Assembly (NCBI GenBank): GCA_963828255.1
Contig: CAWHDZ010000031.1
Coordinates: 32,001 to 96,000, forward strand
DNA from: an uncultured delta proteobacterium
GTDB taxonomy: Bacteria > Myxococcota > Myxococcia > Myxococcales > Anaeromyxobacteraceae
DNA length: 64,000 nucleotides
Direction of reading: 5' to 3'
A model generated the notes under the pieces. It worked only from the letters and a program-made list of their open reading frames with translations, did not search any database and was not told the DNA's origin. Each line of letters starts with the position of its first letter. Positions within the stretch are counted from its first letter, which is position 1. The position numbers and the translations under genes were made by a program. Positions 1 to 10,367 of the stretch are shown one piece after another.

Positions 1-1256
1 TCGTGGACGCCGCCGACCGGGACGCGCCGGTGGAGCGGGCCACGATCGACCTGGCCCGGTCCGTGTCCGCGCTCACCTTCGTCCAGGGGATGGCGGTCGA
101 GCTCGCAGGCGACTGGTGGCGCGGGGACGCGGAGCTGGTGGTGGTCCCGGCGCTCGAGCCGGACGCGCCCGCGCCGCTCGCCCGGGTGGCGCTGGCCGCT
201 CCCCAGGCGCGCCTCTTCCGGCTGGGCGACGTGGCCTGGATCATGGCCCACGATTTCACCCAGGGGAAGGCGTGGCTCGAGGCCGTGGACCTCTCCGATC
301 CGCTCCACCCGGTGCGACGGGGACGTCTCGACCTCGCCCTGGCCGAGGCCGCCGGGGCGAGCGGCTGGGGCTTCCGGGGAGCGGGCGACGAGGCCGTGCT
401 GCTCGGGAACGTGCTCGCCGTGCACCGCACCTGGTACGGTCCGGTGCCGATGGGCGCGGGGGGAACGGGTGCCTTTGCCCCCGGCGGCGGGCCGGTCGCG
501 CAGGAGAACGCCGTGCTGCTCTTCGACCTCTCCGACCCGGACGCGCCCCGGCGCGCCGGCAAGGTGGCCATCCCGGGCAGCGACTGGTCCTGGGGGCTCA
601 CCGCCGAGGCCGGGCTGCTCTGGCTCACCCACCACGAGTGGATGTCGAGCACGCGCGGCGAGGTGCGCTACTACCTCGACCGGATCGACGTCGCCGATCC
701 CGACGCGCCGGTGCTCCTGCCCAAGGTGAACGTGCCCGGCACCTTCCTCGGGGCCGGGAGCGCGGGGCGCGTCTACACCCTCGACACGACCTGGAGCGAG
801 GCCGCGGGCGCGGCAACCTCGGCGCTCCACGTCCTCGACCTCACCCCCCGCGGGACCGCCCGGCTGGTGGGCTCGATCCCCTTCCCCGGGTGGGCCGCCG
901 GGGCCGTGCTCGGCGCCGGCCACGCCTGGCTGGTGACCCAGGACTGGTCGGGCAACCGGTCCGACGTGCGGCTCGTGACGGCCGACCTCGCAGCCCTCGG
1001 CGTCGCATCCTCCCAGCGCGTGGACGCCTCCTGGGCCTGGCCGCTCCGCGCCGGCGGCGGCAAGCTCTTCCTCGCCGCGGCCTCGGTGACGGGTGCGTCG
1101 TCGGTCCTGGTGATGGACCTCGCCTCGCCGGGCGCGCCGCGCCTCGAGCAGGCCGTCCCCAGCCAGGGCTGGACCTGGGACGTGGTCGTCGAGGGGCGGG
1201 TGGCCTACCTCCCCGGCGGTCCGTGGGGCGTGTCGATGATCCCGCTCGCACCGTGA
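1..1256 (+). CDS. Beta-propeller-domain lipoprotein, 3' part of upstream duplicate copy (5' end outside window)
   Basis: Identical to the C-terminal part of 4808..7660; repeated (V/L)D(V/L)SDPxxP blade motifs. Confidence 0.85.
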   Translation, partial: VDAADRDAPVERATIDLARSVSALTFVQGMAVELAGDWWRGDAELVVVPALEPDAPAPLARVALAAPQARLFRLGDVAWIMAHDFTQGKAWLEAVDLSDPLHPVRRGRLDLALAEAAGASGWGFRGAGDEAVLLGNVLAVHRTWYGPVPMGAGGTGAFAPGGGPVAQENAVLLFDLSDPDAPRRAGKVAIPGSDWSWGLTAEAGLLWLTHHEWMSSTRGEVRYYLDRIDVADPDAPVLLPKVNVPGTFLGAGSAGRVYTLDTTWSEAAGAATSALHVLDLTPRGTARLVGSIPFPGWAAGAVLGAGHAWLVTQDWSGNRSDVRLVTADLAALGVASSQRVDASWAWPLRAGGGKLFLAAASVTGASSVLVMDLASPGAPRLEQAVPSQGWTWDVVVEGRVAYLPGGPWGVSMIPLAP

Positions 1257-1981
1257 TGCGGCCGCTGCTGGCCGCCGCCGCCCTGGCGGCGGCCCTGGCT
1301 GCCGGCGCCGCCGAGGTGGCGGTCACCTGGGACGCCGACCTGGCCCCGCCCTCCGACCCGGCAGCCTACGAGCGGCAGCTTCGCGCCATCGTCGCCGACG
1401 CCCGGGCCCGGGTGATCGCCGCCCTGGGGATGGAGCCCGGCCCCGTGCTCTCCGTGAGGATCCACTCCCGGGCCGGCTACGAGCGCCGGTTCGGCGCCGA
1501 GGCCGCCCACCACGACGCGGCGCGCTTCGCCGGGGAGGAGGTCCACGTGAACGGGGGCGCCCGGCTCGACGACCGGCTCGCCGGCCTGGTGGTGCACGAG
1601 ATGGTCCACGCCGCGCTCGACGCCCGGGGCACGGCCTCGGCGCTGCCGCGCTGGCTCGACGAGGGGCTGGCGGAGCGGCTCTCCTGGATCCGGCGCGGCC
1701 AGGGGTTCCCGGCGCCGAACCAGGTCGCCGAGCTCAAGCAGGCCCGGGAGCGGAAGGAGCTCGTGCCCCTGCCGCGGGCGGGTGAGCTCTCCCGCCTGGA
1801 ATATCTAAAGTCCTGGGCCGCGGTGGTGTTCCTGGAGGGGAAGGTCGGCCGGGAGCGGGTGGTGGCCGCGGTGCGGGCCACGCTGGGCGGCGAGCCGTTC
1901 GAGAAGGCGCTCCGGAGGGAGTGCGCGACGTCGCCGGAGGAGCTCGACGGCGCGTTCGAGGCCTGGGTGGGGGGGTTGTGA
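1256..1981 (+). CDS. Secreted gluzincin / peptidase MA-like metallopeptidase (copy 1)
   Basis: ATG overlaps the upstream TGA; signal peptide; HEMVH motif followed by PRWLDEGLAE. Confidence 0.8.
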   Translation: MRPLLAAAALAAALAAGAAEVAVTWDADLAPPSDPAAYERQLRAIVADARARVIAALGMEPGPVLSVRIHSRAGYERRFGAEAAHHDAARFAGEEVHVNGGARLDDRLAGLVVHEMVHAALDARGTASALPRWLDEGLAERLSWIRRGQGFPAPNQVAELKQARERKELVPLPRAGELSRLEYLKSWAAVVFLEGKVGRERVVAAVRATLGGEPFEKALRRECATSPEELDGAFEAWVGGL

Positions 1982-2011
1982 CCGGGGGTGTGGAGGCATA
2001 GCCTCCGGCGC

Positions 2012-3286
2012 ATGGCACGCGAATCCTCCATGGTGGGCGCCAAGGTCCGTGCGCTGCGCCGCCAGAAGAGCGTGAGCCAGGTGCAGCTCGCCGAGCGCCT
2101 CGGCATCTCCCCCTCCTACCTGAACCTCATCGAGCACAACCGCCGCGCCATGCCGGCGCCGTTGCTCATCAAGATCGCCGAGATCTTCGAGCTCGACCTG
2201 AAGGCGCTCTCGACCGAGCAGGACGCCCGCACCGTCGCCGACCTCATGGAGCTCTTCGGCGACCCCATCTTCGAGCACGAGGACGTGACCACCGCCGAGG
2301 TGCGCGACCTGGCGGCGCACGCCCCCACCGCGGCCCGCGGGATCCTGAAGCTCTACCACGCGTACCGGGAGTCACGGGAGGCGGCCGACAACCTGGCCAT
2401 CAAGATCTCCGGTCGCGGCGACCTCACCGGCGTGGACTCCTCGCGCATGCCCACCGAGGAGGTCTCCGACCTCATCCAGCGCCACACCAACCACTTCCCG
2501 GAGATGGAGGAGGGGGCCGAGCAGCTCTGGCGCGACGCCCGGCTGGGCGGCGACGACCTGCAGCAGGGGCTCGAGCACCAGCTGCAGCGGGTCCACGGCA
2601 TCCAGGTGAGGATCGAGCGAACCGCCGACATGGGGGACGCCATCCGGCGCTTCGACCCGGAGAAGCGGGTGCTCTACCTGTCGGAGGTGCTGCGCCGCGG
2701 ATCGCGCAACTTCCACCTGGCCTACCAGATCGGGCTCGCCACCCAGCAGGCGGCGCTGGACCGTTACGCCGCCGACCCGCTGCTCACCAGCGACGCGGCC
2801 CGGGCGCTGGCGCGGGTGCTCCTCGCCAACTACTTCGCCTCGGCCATCCTCATGCCCTACGCCCCCTTCCTGGAGGCGGCGCGGCAGGAGCGCTACGACA
2901 TCGACCTGCTCGGGCACCGCTTCCGCACCAGCTACGAGCAGGTCTGCCACCGGCTCACCACGCTGCGCCGCCCCGGGGCCGAGGGCATCCCCATCCACTT
3001 CGTGCGCGTGGACATCGCCGGCAACATCTCCAAGCGCTTCTCCGCCTCGGGGCTGCGCTTCGCCCGCTTCTCCGGCGCCTGCCCGCGCTGGAACGTCTTC
3101 CAGGCCTTCCTGACGCCGGGGATGATCCGCACCCAGCTCTCCCAGATGCCCGACGGGACCACCTACTTCTGGGTTGCACGCTCCGTGTACAAGGAGGGCG
3201 GGGGCTTCCACGCGCCCCGCACCCCGCTCGCCATCGCCATCGGATGCGAGGTCGGGCACGCCCGCAAGATGGAAGCCGAGGAATGA
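2012..3286 (+). pseudogene. C-terminally truncated copy of XRE-family short-chain acyl-CoA regulator (ScfR/PrpR/RamB-like)
   Basis: Same as 8416..9852 up to GHARKM, then EAEE-stop at the duplication junction; lacks the CRLCERTDC region. Confidence 0.85.
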
Positions 3287-3289
3287 CGG

Positions 3290-4765
3290 CTACTTGGCGC
3301 CCCGTGTGGCCCCCGCCGGCGCCGAGAGCCTCCGCATGAGCGGGAGCATGGCGATGGCCGCCAGCGTGCCCAGGGTCGCCACGCCGCCCAGCCCCATGAA
3401 CAGATTCACGTAGAGTGGAAGAGTCTCCACCGGGTTGGTGACGTTCTCCGGGACGCTGGCGAAGTTCGCCACGAAGCTCCCCAGGTACTGCGAGATCCCG
3501 GTGGCCAGGAACCAGAGCCCCATCACGAAGCCGCGCAGCCGGGGCCCCACGTAGCGGGCCACCATGGCCAGGCCGAGCCCGCTGATGAGCAGTTCACCCA
3601 GGGAGTAGAGGCCGTACCCGCCGATGAGCCACCAGACCGAGACCTTCCCGGCCTCGGCGAAGCGGCCCGACAGCCCGAACGCGAAGAACCCGACCGCGAG
3701 CACCGCGAACCCCATGGCGAACTTGGCGGCGATGGAGAAGTCTCCGCGCCCCCGCGACATCCGGTCGTAGCTCCAGGCCACGAGCGGACCCAGGACGAAG
3801 ATCCAGATGGGGTTGAGCGCCTGCAACTGGCCCGGCGGGATCTGGTAGCCGAAGAAGAACCGCAGGTCGACGTTCCGCAGCGCGAAGAGGGTCAGCGACG
3901 TGGACATCTGCTGGTAGAAGATGAAGAAGAGGACGCCCTGCGCCGTGAGCAGGAAGACCGCCACCAGCCCCTTGCGCTCCTCGGCGTCGCCGCGCGCCAC
4001 CATGATCCCGAAGATCCCCAGGATGGCGATCGAGGCCACCCCGATGACGATGCGTGCCAGCGCCAGGTCCTGCACCACCACGGTGACGAAGGCCATGGCG
4101 GCCACCGACCCGGCCAGCACCAGGAGGAGCTTCTTCACCTGGAGCGGAGCGAAGTCGGGAGGCGATCCCACGTGGGCCAGGTGGCGCCGCATGAAGGCGT
4201 AGTTCACCACCGAGAGCATCATCCCCGCCGCACAGACGCCGAAGGCGGCGTTCCAGCCGGCCCAGATGGCGATGAGCGGCGTCAGGATCTGGGAGAAGGT
4301 CGCCCCGACGTTCACCGCCAGGTAGTAGAGCGTGAAGGCGCTGTCGATCTTGGAGGGCTCCCCCTCGTAGACCTTCGAGACCAGGTTGGCCGGGTTGGCC
4401 TTGAAGAGGCCGTTGCCCACCGCCACCACGCCCAGCGCCACGAAGAGCGGCCCGTCCGGGATGGCGAGCAGCAGGTAACCGAGCGCCAGCACCAGCGCCC
4501 CCAGCACGGTCATGCGCCGGCTGCCCAGCACCCGGTCGCCGATCCAGCCCCCCACCGCCGGCGCTGCGTACACCATCGCCGTGAACGCGCCGAAGGTGAG
4601 GTTGGCCCGGTCGTCGGTGTAGCCCAGCCTCTGCACCATGTAGAGCAGGACGACGGCGGTCATGCCGTAGTAGCCGAACCGCTCCCACATCTCGACGAGG
4701 AAGAGGGTGGTGAAGGCGATCCTGCGCTGCTTGGGCGGGGTCGTCCCCGCGGCGGCGGTCGTCAT
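3290..4765 (-). CDS. Proton-dependent oligopeptide transporter (POT/PTR, DtpA-like MFS)
   Basis: ExxERFGYYGM motif, GGWIGDRVLG, GNGLFKAN, FTLYYLAVNVGA; many hydrophobic segments. Confidence 0.93.
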   Translation of the reverse strand: MTTAAAGTTPPKQRRIAFTTLFLVEMWERFGYYGMTAVVLLYMVQRLGYTDDRANLTFGAFTAMVYAAPAVGGWIGDRVLGSRRMTVLGALVLALGYLLLAIPDGPLFVALGVVAVGNGLFKANPANLVSKVYEGEPSKIDSAFTLYYLAVNVGATFSQILTPLIAIWAGWNAAFGVCAAGMMLSVVNYAFMRRHLAHVGSPPDFAPLQVKKLLLVLAGSVAAMAFVTVVVQDLALARIVIGVASIAILGIFGIMVARGDAEERKGLVAVFLLTAQGVLFFIFYQQMSTSLTLFALRNVDLRFFFGYQIPPGQLQALNPIWIFVLGPLVAWSYDRMSRGRGDFSIAAKFAMGFAVLAVGFFAFGLSGRFAEAGKVSVWWLIGGYGLYSLGELLISGLGLAMVARYVGPRLRGFVMGLWFLATGISQYLGSFVANFASVPENVTNPVETLPLYVNLFMGLGGVATLGTLAAIAMLPLMRRLSAPAGATRGAK

Positions 4766-4807
4766 GGCGCCGCACTCTACGGTAGAATGGACCCCCCAGG
4801 AGCCCCC

Positions 4808-7660
4808 GTGAACCCTCGCCGCCCCGCCGTCCTGTCCGCCCTCGCGCTCGCGCTCGTGTCCGCCCTCACCGCCTGCAGCGGAGGGGCTCCATCCGGACTC
4901 GAGGTGGGCTCGGAGTCCTTCGTCTCGCAGCCTCCCGGATCGGGATTCCGCGGCGCGGGGGACACGGCGGGCGGAGGACCCACGGCGGCGCCCGGGCCGC
5001 AGGCCCCGACGTCGGGAACCGCCGCGGCCCCGAGGGACGTGGAGGAGTCGGACGTCTTCGCCCTCTCCGGCTCGACCCTGCACGTCCTGAACGCCTACCG
5101 CGGGCTCCAGATCGTGGACCTGGCCGACCCCGCCGCCCCGGTGCTCGCCTCGCGCGTGCCGGTGGTCGGGACTCCGGTCCAGCTCTACCTGCGCGGAGGG
5201 GTCGCCCTCTTCGTGGTCCGCGACGCCTTCGGCTGGGCCCGGACGGCCGATGCCGTGCAGCCGGTGTCGGGGTCGCAGCTCTGGGCGGTGGACGTGTCGG
5301 ACCCCGGTTCACCGTCGGTCCTGGCGCGCCTCGACGTCGAGGGATCGGTGGTGGAGACGCGCCTCGTCGGCGACGTCCTCTACCTGGTGTCGCGCAAGTT
5401 CTCCTGGATGGACGTCCTCCCCTCCCCGGGCGGGCTTCCGGTGGCGGCCGGTGGCGCGACCGGCGACCTCACGTTCGTCGCCAGCGTGGACGTGCGGGAT
5501 CCGCGCGCGCCGCGGGCGGTGGCGCGCATCGACTTCCCGGCCACCGGCTGGGATTCCCACGCGGTGGTGACCGACGAGCGGATCGTCCTCGCCCAGTCGG
5601 GCTGGAGCCCGTCCGGCGAGACCACCCGCTTCCAGATCGTCGACATCGCCGACCCCGCTGGCGCGCTCTCCCTCGGGGCCACCTTCGACGAGGCCGGGCG
5701 CATCGCCGATCGCTGGGGCCTCGATCAGGCCCCGGGCGTCTTCCGCGCCGTGCTGCAGAACGGCTGGAACGGCGGGGCCACGCTCCGCACCTGGTCCTCC
5801 GCCACCGTCGCCGAGGCGACGCCGCTGGGGCGCCTCGACATCGTCATCCCCGAGACCCTGACCGCGGCCCGCTTCGACGGCGCCCGGGTCTACGTGGTCA
5901 CCGCGGCCCGGGCCGATCCACTCTGGGTGGTGGACGCGGCCGACCCGGCCCGTCCGCTCCTCGCCGGCCAGCTCCACATGCCGGGGCAGATCGAGTTCAT
6001 CGAGCCACGCGGGAACCGGCTCCTCGGGCTCGGGCACACCGACGAGGCCGGGCAGCCCTGGCAGCTCGCGGTGTCGCTCGTGGACGTGACCGACCCCGCG
6101 CTGCCGACCCTCCTGCACCGCGTCCTCGTGGGCGACGGCTCCGGCGGGGTGAGCGCCGCACCCGACGACATGCGCAAGGCCTTCCGGGTGCTCGACGCCG
6201 CGGGGCTCGCGCTCGTGCCCTACCAGGGCTGGGACCCGGCCAGCTGGCGCTGGATCGGCGGTCTCCAGCTCGTGGACTTCGACCTCGCCGCGGGGACGCT
6301 CGGGAAGCGCGGCTTCGTCCCCCACCCGGGATCCATCTCCCGCGCCTTCCCCGTGCCGGGGCGCGCCGCCTGGCTCGCGGCCCTCTCCGACGAGCGGCTC
6401 CAGATCGTGGACGCCGCCGACCGGGACGCGCCGGTGGAGCGGGCCACGATCGACCTGGCCCGGTCCGTGTCCGCGCTCACCTTCGTCCAGGGGATGGCGG
6501 TCGAGCTCGCAGGCGACTGGTGGCGCGGGGACGCGGAGCTGGTGGTGGTCCCGGCGCTCGAGCCGGACGCGCCCGCGCCGCTCGCCCGGGTGGCGCTGGC
6601 CGCTCCCCAGGCGCGCCTCTTCCGGCTGGGCGACGTGGCCTGGATCATGGCCCACGATTTCACCCAGGGGAAGGCGTGGCTCGAGGCCGTGGACCTCTCC
6701 GATCCGCTCCACCCGGTGCGACGGGGACGTCTCGACCTCGCCCTGGCCGAGGCCGCCGGGGCGAGCGGCTGGGGCTTCCGGGGAGCGGGCGACGAGGCCG
6801 TGCTGCTCGGGAACGTGCTCGCCGTGCACCGCACCTGGTACGGTCCGGTGCCGATGGGCGCGGGGGGAACGGGTGCCTTTGCCCCCGGCGGCGGGCCGGT
6901 CGCGCAGGAGAACGCCGTGCTGCTCTTCGACCTCTCCGACCCGGACGCGCCCCGGCGCGCCGGCAAGGTGGCCATCCCGGGCAGCGACTGGTCCTGGGGG
7001 CTCACCGCCGAGGCCGGGCTGCTCTGGCTCACCCACCACGAGTGGATGTCGAGCACGCGCGGCGAGGTGCGCTACTACCTCGACCGGATCGACGTCGCCG
7101 ATCCCGACGCGCCGGTGCTCCTGCCCAAGGTGAACGTGCCCGGCACCTTCCTCGGGGCCGGGAGCGCGGGGCGCGTCTACACCCTCGACACGACCTGGAG
7201 CGAGGCCGCGGGCGCGGCAACCTCGGCGCTCCACGTCCTCGACCTCACCCCCCGCGGGACCGCCCGGCTGGTGGGCTCGATCCCCTTCCCCGGGTGGGCC
7301 GCCGGGGCCGTGCTCGGCGCCGGCCACGCCTGGCTGGTGACCCAGGACTGGTCGGGCAACCGGTCCGACGTGCGGCTCGTGACGGCCGACCTCGCAGCCC
7401 TCGGCGTCGCATCCTCCCAGCGCGTGGACGCCTCCTGGGCCTGGCCGCTCCGCGCCGGCGGCGGCAAGCTCTTCCTCGCCGCGGCCTCGGTGACGGGTGC
7501 GTCGTCGGTCCTGGTGATGGACCTCGCCTCGCCGGGCGCGCCGCGCCTCGAGCAGGCCGTCCCCAGCCAGGGCTGGACCTGGGACGTGGTCGTCGAGGGG
7601 CGGGTGGCCTACCTCCCCGGCGGTCCGTGGGGCGTGTCGATGATCCCGCTCGCACCGTGA
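4808..7660 (+). CDS. Large beta-propeller-domain lipoprotein (full copy)
   Basis: Lipobox LTAC after a hydrophobic signal; RDVEESDV and repeated DxSDPxxP blades. Start GTG 4808 after AGGAG (ATG 4787 is an alternative). Confidence 0.8.
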   Translation: MNPRRPAVLSALALALVSALTACSGGAPSGLEVGSESFVSQPPGSGFRGAGDTAGGGPTAAPGPQAPTSGTAAAPRDVEESDVFALSGSTLHVLNAYRGLQIVDLADPAAPVLASRVPVVGTPVQLYLRGGVALFVVRDAFGWARTADAVQPVSGSQLWAVDVSDPGSPSVLARLDVEGSVVETRLVGDVLYLVSRKFSWMDVLPSPGGLPVAAGGATGDLTFVASVDVRDPRAPRAVARIDFPATGWDSHAVVTDERIVLAQSGWSPSGETTRFQIVDIADPAGALSLGATFDEAGRIADRWGLDQAPGVFRAVLQNGWNGGATLRTWSSATVAEATPLGRLDIVIPETLTAARFDGARVYVVTAARADPLWVVDAADPARPLLAGQLHMPGQIEFIEPRGNRLLGLGHTDEAGQPWQLAVSLVDVTDPALPTLLHRVLVGDGSGGVSAAPDDMRKAFRVLDAAGLALVPYQGWDPASWRWIGGLQLVDFDLAAGTLGKRGFVPHPGSISRAFPVPGRAAWLAALSDERLQIVDAADRDAPVERATIDLARSVSALTFVQGMAVELAGDWWRGDAELVVVPALEPDAPAPLARVALAAPQARLFRLGDVAWIMAHDFTQGKAWLEAVDLSDPLHPVRRGRLDLALAEAAGASGWGFRGAGDEAVLLGNVLAVHRTWYGPVPMGAGGTGAFAPGGGPVAQENAVLLFDLSDPDAPRRAGKVAIPGSDWSWGLTAEAGLLWLTHHEWMSSTRGEVRYYLDRIDVADPDAPVLLPKVNVPGTFLGAGSAGRVYTLDTTWSEAAGAATSALHVLDLTPRGTARLVGSIPFPGWAAGAVLGAGHAWLVTQDWSGNRSDVRLVTADLAALGVASSQRVDASWAWPLRAGGGKLFLAAASVTGASSVLVMDLASPGAPRLEQAVPSQGWTWDVVVEGRVAYLPGGPWGVSMIPLAP

Positions 7661-9676
7661 TGCGGCCGCTGCTGGCCGCCGCCGCCCTGGCGGCGGCCCT
7701 GGCTGCCGGCGCCGCCGAGGTGGCGGTCACCTGGGACGCCGACCTGGCCCCGCCCTCCGACCCGGCAGCCTACGAGCGGCAGCTTCGCGCCATCGTCGCC
7801 GACGCCCGGGCCCGGGTGATCGCCGCCCTGGGGATGGAGCCCGGCCCCGTGCTCTCCGTGAGGATCCACTCCCGGGCCGGCTACGAGCGCCGGTTCGGCG
7901 CCGAGGCCGCCCACCACGACGCGGCGCGCTTCGCCGGGGAGGAGGTCCACGTGAACGGGGGCGCCCGGCTCGACGACCGGCTCGCCGGCCTGGTGGTGCA
8001 CGAGATGGTCCACGCCGCGCTCGACGCCCGGGGCACGGCCTCGGCGCTGCCGCGCTGGCTCGACGAGGGGCTGGCGGAGCGGCTCTCCTGGATCCGGCGC
8101 GGCCAGGGGTTCCCGGCGCCGAACCAGGTCGCCGAGCTCAAGCAGGCCCGGGAGCGGAAGGAGCTCGTGCCCCTGCCGCGGGCGGGTGAGCTCTCCCGCC
8201 TGGAATATCTAAAGTCCTGGGCCGCGGTGGTGTTCCTGGAGGGGAAGGTCGGCCGGGAGCGGGTGGTGGCCGCGGTGCGGGCCACGCTGGGCGGCGAGCC
8301 GTTCGAGAAGGCGCTCCGGAGGGAGTGCGCGACGTCGCCGGAGGAGCTCGACGGCGCGTTCGAGGCCTGGGTGGGGGGGTTGTGACCGGGGGTGTGGAGG
8401 CATAGCCTCCGGCGCATGGCACGCGAATCCTCCATGGTGGGCGCCAAGGTCCGTGCGCTGCGCCGCCAGAAGAGCGTGAGCCAGGTGCAGCTCGCCGAGC
8501 GCCTCGGCATCTCCCCCTCCTACCTGAACCTCATCGAGCACAACCGCCGCGCCATGCCGGCGCCGTTGCTCATCAAGATCGCCGAGATCTTCGAGCTCGA
8601 CCTGAAGGCGCTCTCGACCGAGCAGGACGCCCGCACCGTCGCCGACCTCATGGAGCTCTTCGGCGACCCCATCTTCGAGCACGAGGACGTGACCACCGCC
8701 GAGGTGCGCGACCTGGCGGCGCACGCCCCCACCGCGGCCCGCGGGATCCTGAAGCTCTACCACGCGTACCGGGAGTCACGGGAGGCGGCCGACAACCTGG
8801 CCATCAAGATCTCCGGTCGCGGCGACCTCACCGGCGTGGACTCCTCGCGCATGCCCACCGAGGAGGTCTCCGACCTCATCCAGCGCCACACCAACCACTT
8901 CCCGGAGATGGAGGAGGGGGCCGAGCAGCTCTGGCGCGACGCCCGGCTGGGCGGCGACGACCTGCAGCAGGGGCTCGAGCACCAGCTGCAGCGGGTCCAC
9001 GGCATCCAGGTGCGGATCGAGCGAACCGCCGACATGGGGGACGCCATCCGGCGCTTCGACCCGGAGAAGCGGGTGCTCTACCTGTCGGAGGTGCTGCGCC
9101 GCGGATCGCGCAACTTCCACCTGGCCTACCAGATCGGGCTCGCCACCCAGCAGGCGGCGCTGGACCGTTACGCCGCCGACCCGCTGCTCACCAGCGACGC
9201 GGCCCGGGCGCTGGCGCGGGTGCTCCTCGCCAACTACTTCGCCTCGGCCATCCTCATGCCCTACGCCCCCTTCCTGGAGGCGGCGCGGCAGGAGCGCTAC
9301 GACATCGACCTGCTCGGGCACCGCTTCCGCACCAGCTACGAGCAGGTCTGCCACCGGCTCACCACGCTGCGCCGCCCCGGGGCCGAGGGCATCCCCATCC
9401 ACTTCGTGCGCGTGGACATCGCCGGCAACATCTCCAAGCGCTTCTCCGCCTCGGGGCTGCGCTTCGCCCGCTTCTCCGGCGCCTGCCCGCGCTGGAACGT
9501 CTTCCAGGCCTTCCTGACGCCGGGGATGATCCGCACCCAGCTCTCCCAGATGCCCGACGGGACCACCTACTTCTGGGTTGCACGCTCCGTGTACAAGGAG
9601 GGCGGGGGCTTCCACGCGCCCCGCACCCCGCTCGCCATCGCCATCGGATGCGAGGTGGGGCACGCCCGCAAGATGG
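6405..9676. repeat. Right copy of the duplicated segment (matches 1..3272)
   Basis: Direct comparison of sequence and ORF track. Confidence 0.97.
7660..8385 (+). CDS. Secreted gluzincin / peptidase MA-like metallopeptidase (copy 2)
   Basis: HEMVH...WLDEGLAE; signal peptide. Confidence 0.8.
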   Translation: MRPLLAAAALAAALAAGAAEVAVTWDADLAPPSDPAAYERQLRAIVADARARVIAALGMEPGPVLSVRIHSRAGYERRFGAEAAHHDAARFAGEEVHVNGGARLDDRLAGLVVHEMVHAALDARGTASALPRWLDEGLAERLSWIRRGQGFPAPNQVAELKQARERKELVPLPRAGELSRLEYLKSWAAVVFLEGKVGRERVVAAVRATLGGEPFEKALRRECATSPEELDGAFEAWVGGL

Positions 9677-9852
9677 TCTACGCCGACGGGATGAACCTCG
9701 ACTCGCGCGAGGCGGTGGTCCCGGTGGGGCTCACCTGCCGGCTCTGCGAGCGGACCGACTGCGAGCAGCGGGCCTTCCCGCCCATCCAGCACCCCCTGCA
9801 GGTGCAGGAGAACGTGCGCGGCGTGAGCTTCTTCGCGCCGGTGGACAAGTAA
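8416..9852 (+). CDS. XRE-family short-chain fatty acyl-CoA regulator (ScfR/PrpR/PccR/RamB-like), intact
   Basis: N-terminal HTH (LAERLGISPSYLNLIEHNRR), ANYFASAILMPY, RVDIAGNISKRFS, GACPRWNVF, C-terminal CRLCERTDCEQRAFP. Confidence 0.92.
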   Translation: MARESSMVGAKVRALRRQKSVSQVQLAERLGISPSYLNLIEHNRRAMPAPLLIKIAEIFELDLKALSTEQDARTVADLMELFGDPIFEHEDVTTAEVRDLAAHAPTAARGILKLYHAYRESREAADNLAIKISGRGDLTGVDSSRMPTEEVSDLIQRHTNHFPEMEEGAEQLWRDARLGGDDLQQGLEHQLQRVHGIQVRIERTADMGDAIRRFDPEKRVLYLSEVLRRGSRNFHLAYQIGLATQQAALDRYAADPLLTSDAARALARVLLANYFASAILMPYAPFLEAARQERYDIDLLGHRFRTSYEQVCHRLTTLRRPGAEGIPIHFVRVDIAGNISKRFSASGLRFARFSGACPRWNVFQAFLTPGMIRTQLSQMPDGTTYFWVARSVYKEGGGFHAPRTPLAIAIGCEVGHARKMVYADGMNLDSREAVVPVGLTCRLCERTDCEQRAFPPIQHPLQVQENVRGVSFFAPVDK

Positions 9853-9857
9853 CGGCG

Positions 9858-10340
9858 ATGGGCAAGGCGCCGTCCACAGCCGCCACGCGGCTGCTTCGCG
9901 AGAAGGGAGTGGCCTACACCGAGCACCTGTACCGGTACGAGGAGAAGGGCGGCACCGCCGTCTCCTCCCGTGAGCTCGGGGTGGAGGAGCACGCGGTGGT
10001 GAAGACGCTCATCATGGAGGACGACCAGGGGGAGCCGCTCGTCGTGCTCATGCACGGGGACCGGGAGGTCTCCGTGAAGGCGCTGGCGCGCCAGCTCTCC
10101 CGCCGCTCGGTGCAGATCTGCAAGCCGGAGGTGGCCAACCGGCACAGCGGCTACCAGGTGGGCGGCACGAGCCCCTTCGGCACGCGCAAGCGGATGCCGG
10201 TCTGCGTGGAGCGGACCATCCTCGACCTGGCGCGGATCCACGTGAACGGCGGGTCGCGCGGCTTCCTGGTGGGCATCGACCCGAAGGAGATCCAGCGCGT
10301 CCTCGAGGTCACGGTCGTCGAGGTCGGGATCGAGCCCTGA
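9858..10340 (+). CDS. ybaK: Cys-tRNA(Pro) deacylase YbaK/EbsC family
   Basis: VVKTL, SGYQVGGTSPFG, NGGSRG motifs. Confidence 0.9.
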   Translation: MGKAPSTAATRLLREKGVAYTEHLYRYEEKGGTAVSSRELGVEEHAVVKTLIMEDDQGEPLVVLMHGDREVSVKALARQLSRRSVQICKPEVANRHSGYQVGGTSPFGTRKRMPVCVERTILDLARIHVNGGSRGFLVGIDPKEIQRVLEVTVVEVGIEP

Positions 10341-10367
10341 AGGCCCGCCCCGGACAGGCCCCGGGGC

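Larger units (their letters stand above)
1..3272. repeat. Left copy (visible part) of a 6404-bp-period direct tandem duplication; matches 6405..9676
   Basis: Position n matches n+6404 (ORFs 116/6520, 1988/8392 etc.). Identity ends after ...cgcaagatgg at 3272/9676. Two substitutions seen, at 2609/9013 and 3253/9657. Confidence 0.97.
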
